Assembly (NCBI RefSeq): GCF_016433145.1
Contig: NC_058133.1
Span: 257,355,972 to 257,419,971 of the forward strand
Direction: 5' to 3'
Source of the DNA: Gracilinanus agilis
Lineage: Eukaryota
DNA length: 64,000 nucleotides
The notes beneath the pieces are model-generated. The model had not been told where the DNA came from, made no database searches, and was given only the letters and a program-made list of their open reading frames with translations. Positions 36,501 to 64,000 of the stretch are shown one piece after another (positions within the stretch are counted from its first letter, which is position 1; the number at the start of each line of letters is the position of its first letter). The position numbers were made by a program, and so were the translations under genes.

Positions 36501-37303
36501 CTTTCCATCTTGCCCCCAACCAAAGATACTTAGGAGAGAGACCATTCTCCAGGCCTTATGTGTTATACATGTGTAACACGGGCCCTGCTTCTTCCATGAC
36601 TTACTCTCTGATCTCTTCCTTCTAGGGCGACAGGCAGTACTTGGGATGGTTCGAAAGTCCAAGTATCGGGAGTTGCCCCTTTCTGAGCTCCTTGCTAGAC
36701 GAGCTCCTCTGTCTGTGAGGCTTGGCCTTCCCTACCATGTACATGATCTAATTGGAGGGCAGTTGCTTGACATGTGAGTGTTTCTCTTTATCTGTTCTTT
36801 TTCTTTGCTATTGTGTTTCAATTAAATCATCTAAGACTAGAGAGCTCTTCTCCTCTTGATGATCTAGGCACTGATTGCTCTACCCCTGTTTTCCCAGAAC
36901 ATGGAGACCCTTATATCTAGACCCCAGCTTTTCCTGACTTCCTCTTCTCCTACTGCTCTTGAAACTCAGCAGCTAGGTGGCACAGTAGATAGAACACTGG
37001 GCTTGGAGTCAGAAAGACTCAAGTTCAAAATCTTGCTTTGTACATTATAGCTGTGTGATGATGGGCAAGTCATTTAACTTTTGTTTCTTAAGTTTCTTTA
37101 GTTTCTTAAACTGCAAAATGGAGAATAATAATAGCATCTACCTGAAAGGGTTATTTTAAGGATCAAATGTATTGATATTTGTAAAGTGCTCAGTGTAAGT
37201 GCTGAGTACATTGCAGACACTATATAAATGCTTATTCTTCCCTCTTCCCCCCTACAGTGTCCCTACCACATCTGGGACTCTCCTTCGCCTGCCTGAGACA
37301 TGA
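33510..37303 (+). CDS. STK19: STK19/WHR1 winged-helix repair factor, 7 coding exons, 254 aa
   Basis: Exons 33510-33609, 33723-33859, 34817-34912, 35527-35666, 36344-36441, 36626-36773, 37258-37303 (765 nt). Reads MSRKRPRLVPETFG...QVYSLVPDRT...QLGFD...VRDAGSWWLSVPGAGRF...GTLLRLPET*. AATAAA at 37713-37718 and 37836-37841. Confidence 0.95.
33852..34500 (+). repeat. Degenerate G-rich tandem repeat (core approximately CAGYTGGTGARGGG, period about 30-45 nt) in STK19 intron 2; the same motif recurs in intron 3 (about 35140-35350)
   Basis: About 12-14 imperfect copies, e.g. GCAGTTGGTGAGG (exon 2 donor), CCAGTTGGTGAAAGG, GCAGCTAGTGAGGGG, GCAGCTGATGAGAGGG, GCAGCTGGTGAAGGG, ATAGTTGGTGAGAGG. Confidence 0.65.
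36968..37235 (+). mobile_element. MIR/MAR1-like core SINE in STK19 intron 6
   Basis: GCAGCTAGGTGGCACAGTAGATAGAACACTGGGCTTGGAGTCAGAAAGAC...GGGCAAGTCATTTAAC...AAATGCTTATT. Confidence 0.75.
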
Positions 37304-38014
37304 AGATTCTGGTAATCTTGCCCACTTCATCTGTTGGACTGGGGTATGAAATGAGGCATAGATCTAGCCTGCAGCCCACAAGACCTCACTGTTGAATTAA
37401 CATAGATGGAAGTGGCACCTGTGGATGGGTTACTCCTTGAAGGATCTGGAGTTGAGAATACTGTTCAACTTTCTAGGTGGACGGGACAGATATGATCACT
37501 GCTATTTATCATCTCCTATGTTGGGCTTTCAATCTTGCTTGCCCCCTGCCTTTTCCGGGGAGAAATATCAGAAATTATGTCAATGTTATAGTTTTTGCCT
37601 TTCATGGAAGACATAATGTTATTTTTTTTCCCCTTGGTCAATGGGGATTCATAGATGACAAGGAGAAAGGATGGGGATGGGGATTCTTTTTTTTTTCCTT
37701 TTGAAATTGCCAAATAAACAATATCTGCCTGTGATGTTTTCTTTAAGGCCTCATTTCAATGCGACATATGTTGGTGCCTAGTTTGTGGTAGGGTTTATAC
37801 AAAAAAATGTCCAAATGTCATTAGGCTTAGGTGGGAATAAAGATTGTAGAGAGGAGGCTCTCCATATCCTTACTTCATCTATATAAATATCAGGATTAGG
37901 TAGGGATACACACATTTAAGAGAGGCCATCCTGTTTCAGAAAAACCTATATTAAAGGGATAAAAGATTTCCTCCCAGAAAACCAGGAACCCAGATTTCTA
38001 GTACTTTCCAGTAC

Positions 38015-38083
38015 TGGGCTTTGAGCCAGTTGCATTTCTTCATGGTCATGTGTTTTCCCGGCTAAACCAAACCAGGGGTGGAG
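38015..38083 (+). promoter_or_regulatory. TATA-less C4 proximal promoter: NF1 site, E-box, GT box
   Basis: TGGGC-N5-GCCAG at 38015-38029, CATGTG at 38047-38052, GGGGTGGAG at 38075-38083. This is the order described for the human C4 promoter. Confidence 0.6.
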
Positions 38084-38165
38084 CAAAGTCCAAAGTTACT
38101 TCTCCTGGATCCTAGGACGGCTATAAGGACAGCTGGGACTAACAGTCCCTGCAGCCTTCCCAACC

Positions 38166-56200
<18,035 letters not shown>

Positions 56201-57858
56201 GAGGTGACAGCCTCTCCCTCCCCTTCCCTTCCCCTTCACCCAAGGTACCCTAAAATCCTGTCCTTCACACTTGCCCTGTGCTCGATCTTCTTCATGAAAG
56301 GAAAGGCGGTCTTATTCCTTCAGGACCAGATTCTTCCCCTCTGTCATCTCCTGTACTGGAAGCTAGGACAGAGACTTGCTTAATAAAAGTTGTTTGATGA
56401 CTGAGCCGGTGTTGTTTGAGGTATCTTTGACGCCTGTGACTTTGGCTGGACCACTGCTCTTGGACAGATGAACTCCACCTCTTTGATCATTCATTATAGG
56501 ACACTTCTGCCTTCCCTGACCTTTTCCCTTACTAGCTTCTCCTCGATGCCTCCCAGACCCATTCTTCATTCTTACGATCTTTTAGCAAGCTCTGACCCTT
56601 GTTTCCTACCATACCTTCTCACACACCTCTTCTCTTCTGTCTCCTTTATTTCTCACCCAGCTAACCTGTACCTGTCCCCAGTGACACATCCATTATAACT
56701 CTGCAATCATAGCATCATGGTACCCCTGTCATGGCAACAAGGTTCTGTACTCCCTTAGTTCTTTCTCCACTTTCCTTGCCCCCATTATACTTGAACTGCT
56801 CCGGTTATTCCCTGGTCCCTCCCTCCCCTCTCCCTGAAGACCCACACTTCTCCTGGCCTTGGCTCTCGTTCACTCCCCAGCTCTCTTTTTCTCCCCTGGC
56901 ACTCTTGCTTCGTCCCTTCTCACATCTCCCATCAGCACATGCAACGCAAGACAATGAACACGGCTGGCCAAACATTCTGCTGAAGATTTCAGAAATAATC
57001 TATTTTAAATTGGTGAAGTCTTTGACATAAATGATCTCACCTGAACCTTACAACAATGCTGTGAAGTAAATATTATCCCCATTTTATAGATGGAGAAACA
57101 GGCTCAGAGGTTGTGAATTGTTTATGGCCACAGAGCTAGTAAGCATCATGATAGGGATTTAAGCTCTTGTTTTCCCAAGTCCAGCAAGGTGGATAAGGAG
57201 GCAGGTTTTGTAACTTCATGTTAGAGTTATCCATATTTTGTTTCTGCCATGGACACAGTGTGGTGCAATGAAAAGACCTGAATTTGGAGACAGGGGGCCT
57301 GGGTGCAAAGTCTCATTCTGTTATTTACTCTCTGTTAGACTGTAGGCAAGTCACAATTTCTTCACTTGCAGAACTGGGGAGAGGGGAGTAAGGAAGGGAT
57401 CAGATTAGTGATTTCTAAGGTCCCTTCTGGCCCTAAACCTTAGGGTTCCAAGATGAGTCCCTGCTTTCATTAGTGCTTCTTCTAATCTTTAAGAGTATTA
57501 TGTCCTAATATAAATGATCAAGACTGTTTCTGTTTATAGGAAAGTTTGTTTTGCATGACTTCATATTTGGAATGGAATTTGTGATTCTTGATATCTTGTT
57601 TTCTCAATGAGTGGAAAAGGGAAGGAATGAGTCCTGGAGAATTTAGAAATTAAAATAAAATAAAATATAATTTGGAAAAACCAAAAACAGTGACCATAAC
57701 AGATCATATTAAACAAGAGTATTAAGGAGTTATATGAAGCGAAACACTAACCTCATATTTAATGGGACTCTTGGAGTCTTGGAGTCAAATTATAGGGTTT
57801 TGTCTTTTTGAAAAACACCTTCTGTCTGAGGCCAGATTTGAACCTAGGTCCTCTCAAC

Positions 57859-58493
57859 TGTTATATTTAGAAATTAGATATTATATATGTATATATTTTA
57901 AGGCATGGTCGCCAGGAATCAATAATTCAGACTGATTCCATAATTAAAATAGACCCAAGTCAGGATTGGTTTTATGGTAGTTTATTTACAATTAGGAAGG
58001 TAGAAGGTAGGGAAATAGAGATAGGGAGAGGCTAGCCCTCGGAGAGAGAATTAAAAGGCTAATTAAATTAGGCTACAAGCCACAAGGCCTTAGCAATTAG
58101 AGAGGCAAGAAGCCTACTTAAGGTAGAGGGTCTGGAAACGCCAAGGTAGGCCAAGGAAGTCAGCCTAACTTGCCCACATGACAATTCAGAGGAGAAGCTG
58201 CCTGAGGTCTCAGCAGAGATGCTTCAGCACCAAGTTCAAAGCGGGAACTCCCCAACAGGAAGTTACCATCATACTTGAAGAGATAGTGTCTCTCATCACT
58301 TCCTGTGGGTCCACCTCTAATTCAAGTGGACAAATGGCAGCTTCCACACTGATTTGGACTGCCCAAAGGGCAGTCCCTTGTTCTTGATTTGGATAATTCA
58401 TCTCCCCTCCCCACTAAGGGAGGTGGGGATGACATTATCTCTGGTGGCTAGAGTTTTAACTCTGAATGGGCTTGAGCTAATTCCATTTACACA
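57859..58493 (-). mobile_element. Solo LTR (635 bp), second family, inserted into a SINE fragment
   Basis: Termini TGTTATA...TTTACACA and 4-bp TSD CAAC (57855-57858, 58494-58497). The flanks rejoin as ...ggtcctctcaactccaggcctgg.... AATAAA on the minus strand at 57986-57981. Confidence 0.85.
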
Positions 58494-58559
58494 CAACTCC
58501 AGGCCTGGCAGGATATTCACTGAGTAATCTAGCAGTGCTTTATTCAATAAATTTCTTAA

Positions 58560-59150
58560 GAGTTTAGTGTTGATAAGCCCATGCTTTCAAAGAAAAACAA
58601 TAGCAACAAAATAAAACACTGAGGAATGGAACCAGTATTCAACAAAAGGCTGAAATGGACAAAAAACTAGATTGTTCTATACTTCATAACATATAAAAAC
58701 TAATGAACTGATTATAATCAACTGATTATAAAATAATAAAAGTAACTGGAAGAACAGTATCTGTCTTAACTATGGAGAAGAGGATAATTTTTTATCAATC
58801 AAAAAGTATTTACCTTACATCCAGCACTGTCAGGTATTGGGGAAACCAACTCCAAATGAAATAATCCAATGAACAGAAGAAATCACTGGAGATAAACTGA
58901 TAGCTTTGATTATGCAAAGAAAAATGGATTCCATATAATGAGAATCATGGCTAATACTAGAAGGAAAGAAAGAGTTTGAGGAAAATTTACAGTAAATCTA
59001 CTAGATAAAAGGTCTGATTATCAGCATCCAGAATAACCTATAAGATTACACTTCTTAGTGGAGCAGGTGGTTAAAGGATACCGAACAGATTGTTTTCAAA
59101 AAGAGGACAATTGTTAATAGGCATGTAACCTGTGGTTCATGACAACACAG
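58560..59150 (+). mobile_element. Degenerate LINE-1 ORF2-like fragment
   Basis: A-rich sequence with L1-like phrases (...tagataaaaggtctg..., ...aaggatacc gaacag...ttttcaaaag...). No intact ORF; recognised by eye. Confidence 0.5.
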
Positions 59151-59442
59151 ACCAGATGCAATCTTGGGGTCAACCTTAAAAGATTGTACTCTTAATTTGA
59201 TCTCAGACACTTCTAGCTGTGTGACCCCGATTGCCTAGCCTTTGCTGCTCTTCTGTCTTAGAACTGATATTAAGACAGAAAGTAAGAGTTTTAAAAAGAT
59301 TGTACTCTCTTTGGTTCATATTGCCCCCACTCAAAATATGGCTCCCTACTAGGTTTCCATAGATGAGGCTAACAAGAGTTTCCAGCCATTGTAGAAATGT
59401 TCAAAGTAATAGGTGTGTTAGTTCAGGAAAGCCTTTATTTCA

Positions 59443-60352
59443 TGTTATAAAGAAATGGGTGCTACTCCTACTAGGGGATATAGATATTGGTGAGGATGGA
59501 GCTGTCTTCTCTCTAGGTGATGGTGATGGGGGAACACCAACCCCAATCACCCTTGCTGGATGTTATAATTTCCCCTTCTAAATAACAGTGCCCAGGAAGG
59601 ACCCAGAAAGGTCAGGTGGATGGGTAACCCTTTCAGGTCCCACCTGGGGTTGGATCAATTACTAATATCAGGCTCTGATTAGCTTTGGATCACATTATTC
59701 ATCTGACTATGTTTGCTCCCTCCCCAAGGGTTGTGATATAATGACCACTCAGGAAGGTACTTATTAAATACTTTATCTATGATCTTAATTAGGGAAAGGA
59801 TAATCAGGATATGGATTGTGGATTGGAGACCCTGTCAATCTAATATCTATGATCTATAATCCCTCAGGACTGGAGGCTATTGATTCAGTAAAGCTGAAGC
59901 TATTATTGTTCACACCCCCTCTGGTTCAGCTTGGCCACTGTCAAACCAGAGAGAGTAGTCTGCTCTGTTGATGCAGCTGTCTTTGATGATTTCCTCTCAG
60001 CTTTCTTATTATCATTTTGTCATGTGTTAGCCTTCACAGCCTTAAGGAAGTATTCAACCCTTAAACCACCCTCATCTTCTCAGACCTCCCTTCCTCCTTT
60101 TCACCACCTAGGGACTCAGAGACCTAAAAACTATGATGATTCAGATACCTAAAGATCTAGGGAGATTCAGAGAGAACCAATGACCAACAGTCAAAGACCC
60201 AAAGATCAATGGTCAAAGACCCCCTCCCAGATGGCTGTTAGGGGTATTTATACTCTCAGGCCAACGGCATCTGGGAACATTCCGATGTCTCCAACTGTCT
60301 CCCCTATCAATCAAGGTGAGACCAACATTTCTCAGAGTTTGAATATATAACA
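59443..60352 (-). mobile_element. Solo LTR (910 bp), close paralogue of the C4 intron 28 LTR
   Basis: Termini TGTTATA...TATAACA with its own 4-bp TSD, TTCA (59439-59442, 60353-60356). Colinear with 48087-49039 in the same orientation, with long identical blocks. Confidence 0.9.
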
Positions 60353-62039
60353 TTCACCCCACAGAAAATGTAGAAAATGTAGAGGACTCATAGAAGCTCA
60401 TAAACAGTAGAAAACAAATAAAGGACTCATGATAGCTGAAACACAAACAATACAATTCTGTCCCTTCTCTGGTGGTTCTTATTTTTTCTATAACATCCTA
60501 AAGCTCTCCATACACAAATTACTACATAGTTCTGACACCCTTCAGAAGGGAACTGAATTTGGGGCTGCTGGATAGTTAATACCCCCAAATTCTGTGAGTC
60601 TCTTAAATTCCAGAGACCCATCTAAATACTGAACCTGGTGGTACTATTTGGAAAGCTTGAACTTCCCTAGAAAGAAAACACATTTGGAACTTCTAAATAG
60701 ATAGGCAACTCCTTTTCTTACTGGACCCACAACACGATGAAGCTGTTGAAGAGGAGCAAGCCTCTTGCCCTAATAGGGGAAGAGTGCCATTTGTTTGGAA
60801 ACAGGTTGAAAGCCACTTGGGTTAGGAATAACTTCCTTGTCCTTAGTGAGTGGGGTCATATGGTCCATCGCCTAGCATAGTTATGAGTGTTTAAAGATAT
60901 ATAGTCCTCTAAAGATTACTTCAGTTGCCACCCTCAGATTTTATATCTCCTTATTTTCTTAAAATTTTTTTTCATTTCCCCAATATAAAAACATTCACCT
61001 TTTAACATTCTTAAAACATTTTTTTAACATTCACCTTTTAAAGGTTTGAGTTCCAAATTCTCTCCTTTCCATCTCTCTCTCCCTGCCCTCCCTTTGTTAT
61101 TTTCTTTAACATAACTGTTCATTGTTTCTGTGATTTGATAAATTGGGAATTGTCCAGAGTAGGACACTGGATGGTGAAGAGTTTTGAGTACATGTCATTG
61201 TTTTGTTTGTATCGAGAGGGTAAAACCAGAGAAAATGGAAGGAACTTACGAAGAGGCAAATACAAAAAATGTTAGGAAAAGCTTCTTAACAGAGAACTGT
61301 CCAAAAATAGAATGGACTTTTTGGGGAGGAAATGAGTCTCCTCTCATTGTAAGGCATCTAGCAGAGACTGGCTGGTCTTATCAGGTATGTTATTATGGGG
61401 GATTCCTTTTGAGATATAGTTTAGACCAGATGGTCATGGAGATTCCTTCCAAGTTTGAATTTCTGTGATTCTTTGGCCCATTCATTCTTTAGGATAACAT
61501 TATTTAGCATCTAAGTTGGAAATTTTGGTTCATATTTCTCCTATCAATTACAGTCTTATTTTATTATAGTCCATAGAGAACATGTTAAGATATTTTTGCC
61601 TTTTCACATTTGTTTTCCTTATGCCATAGCCCATGGCCAATTTTTAAAAAAATTACTGTGCAGTGATAAAAAAGTTGGTATACTCATTAAAATATCCATT
61701 TAGTTAATTGTCTAATTGTCATATCTAATTGTTTAACATAATCAATTCAGATCCTTAGCTTTTTCATCCATTTGTCATAAACTGAAGAGAGTCCCCAACA
61801 ATCATTGTTTAAACATCTAATTCTTCATGTTATCTAGTTCAATTTTCCTTTTAAGCACATAGATGCATAAAAGAGGCAATACCCTGAATGGGAAAGCTCT
61901 GGGGGTTAATAGTCCATGTCAGTATCTAGACTGGGGACAGCCAACAGACACTGAAGCCTGCCAGAAATCTAAACCAAGACACATGAGGGGAAGTGAAGTC
62001 AGTAGCAGAAACCCAGGAAATCAAGTTTTAGGGTCAAAT

Positions 62040-62913
62040 AGAATCTGATGACCTCATTCAAGAATGCAGTTGCTGGTGAAGCCTGGTCTTGACACAGATC
62101 TCGGTTCAGAAATCTAAGGCCAGAGATGTGAGTGAACAGAAGAAGATATTAAACTCTCTGAAGAAATATTGTGCGATAAGAATTGCTAAGGAAGAAAGCC
62201 TAGAATAACAGCTAGTAGAAGAAAGTAACTCGACAACAACTACAAACAAAGCCTCTGCAGAAAAAGACAAGAACATAGCTTGACTAAAAGAACTGGATAT
62301 ATACTGGACCACAAAAAGACAAGAATACCTGGAAAAAATTAAGTAAATGCTCTGGACAAAAAAATTAGAAGAACAAATACCTTAGAAGAAGATAAAAAAC
62401 ATTATCCAAGAACTGTATTTCCTAAAAATTAGAATGAACTAAATAGAACTCAGTGGCCCCATGAAATGAGAAATATTAGAGAAAAATAGAAAAAATATAA
62501 ATGAACAATTATTGAAAGCAACTAACCTAGAAAATAGATCAAGGGGAGACAATTGAAGAATGATTTGATTTCCTGAAAACCACAACCAGAAAAGTACATG
62601 GATACCATAGTGTTCATAAATGAATACTTTCCTGATTTGTTATAAGCAGAGAGAAAAGTGAAAACAGGACCAAACAGTCATTTCTTGAAAGAAATTTCCA
62701 AAATATCACAGTCAAAATGTAGACTTTACAGGGCAAAGAAAAAAAAATTACTTCTATTCAGAAAAAAAGAATTTAAGTACCAAGGAACCATAGTCAGGAA
62801 CATATAAGTCTTGGTATCTACTACTTTCAAGGAAAGAAATCTTGGAATATGATATTTGAAAAGGTAAAAGGTAAAGACTTACAACCAAGAATAACTTACT
62901 CTGCAAAATTGAG
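62040..62913 (+). mobile_element. Decayed LINE-1 ORF1 fragment
   Basis: cta gaa aat aga tca agg = LENRSR (about 62527) and tta caa cca aga ata act tac tct gca aaa ttg = LQPRITYSAKL (about 62879). These are conserved L1 ORF1p motifs, here with stops and frameshifts. Confidence 0.8.
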
Positions 62914-63048
62914 GGAATGATCCTAGGCTTAGGGATAGGGATAGGGGCAGGACCTGCTCTACCTGCTACCAATCAGCACTTTCACTATGACTTATAGTCT
63001 TAGGGAACTTCTTTAGAGCACTGTGAGATAAAATGACTTCCTGAGATC

Positions 63049-63800
63049 TGTGAAGATGGGATTGACTCTCCCCTTGCCTACTTTTAAATTTAATCAACCA
63101 AAAGCCTAGACACCCCCTACTTAACACTAAATAGGAGAGGTCCACAAGCCACTTACTAAAGTGGGTGACAACTCCAGAAGCAACTGACCACCCCCTGGGC
63201 AGTGCTAAACAATTTAAAGACTGCAATTGGTCCTCATAAAGTGGAAGAAGGGACAGGAAGTGATGTAAAAAGGACTAAAAAAGGTGATAAACTTCCTGTG
63301 TAAGGGGTCTTTGTCTGAATTTCCAGGTTGGAAAATCTTCTCCTTTGGGACTTTGATCTTTGGTTTCACTTGGACCTGGGACTCTGGCTCTTGGACTGCT
63401 TCTGGTAAGACTGTTCCTGGATCTTCTCTCTTTGGAGCTTTGCCTTGGGTGAGTGAAAAACTGACCCTCCTTTCCTGGCTTCTGGAGAGATTAGTTCCAA
63501 AGAAGTCTCCCCTTATTGGAGGAGGCCACATGGGTTGAACCCTTGTTTCGAGTCCTCCAGCTGAGGGTTAACTAGCTCTGCCTGGGTTGAGCCTGGGACT
63601 GGAGCAACATTAGGATGATAGGCTAGACATTTTCTCTACCCTCTTTTATATTCCTCTACTTTCACTTTTTTCCACCCCTTTGTAAATAAAACTATTGAAA
63701 GTCAATTTGATTTGAGCTATAATATTTTAAGATTGGAGACCACAATATTATCTTAGAATTGTTATATCCTTAGTCCAACCATAAAATTTAATTCCTTACA
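63049..63800 (+). mobile_element. Solo LTR-like element (about 750 bp) related to 57859-58493, inserted into a MIR-like SINE
   Basis: Termini TGTGAAG...CCTTACA and AATAAA at 63685-63690. Shares GGGCAGT, ACAGGAAGTGATG and TGTAAATAAA blocks with the reverse complement of the 57859-58493 LTR. No clean TSD was seen, so the ends are approximate. Confidence 0.7.
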
Positions 63801-64000
63801 TTTCTCATACCCCGTGTGTATCAAAGACAGGAATTGTACCTATGCCTTCCTGGCTTTGAGATCAGATCTCTATCTATCACAATTCATGGAATAGAGAACT
63901 TTGAAGCATTCATAATGAAAGCACCAGAACTTTGTAAGTTTACAAAGAGTAGAAACTTTGAGCTACAAATACAAGAATCAAGAGAAACCTAGAAAGGTAA

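Overview
Mammalian genomic DNA covering the core of the MHC class III region. It is almost certainly from a marsupial, most likely Monodelphis domestica or a close didelphid, judged from its SINE1_Mdo-type SINEs and strong CpG depletion. Gene order: 3' part of C2 (+), complete CFB (+, 18 exons, about 758 aa), NELFE (-, about 402 aa), SKIV2L/SKIC2 (+, 28 exons, about 1249 aa), DXO (-, about 399 aa), STK19/WHR1 (+, 254 aa) and one complete C4 (+, 41 exons, about 1745 aa). About 7.6 kb of repeat-rich DNA follows, with no recognisable CYP21 exon. All exon models were read by hand from splice signals and reading-frame continuity, and compared with remembered human protein sequences; the summed exon lengths are in frame. 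No wholly new gene system was found. The most notable accessory observations are: (1) two closely related solo LTRs with separate 4-bp target-site duplications, one in C4 intron 28 (probably antisense) and one downstream of C4, forming a direct repeat around exons 29-41; (2) two further solo LTRs downstream of C4; (3) two hAT MITEs with clear TIRs and 8-bp TSDs; (4) a degenerate splice-donor-like repeat in two STK19 introns; (5) a GC-AG intron in CFB; (6) an expanded NELFE RD tract; (7) a hybrid C4 isotype motif, PCPVLH.
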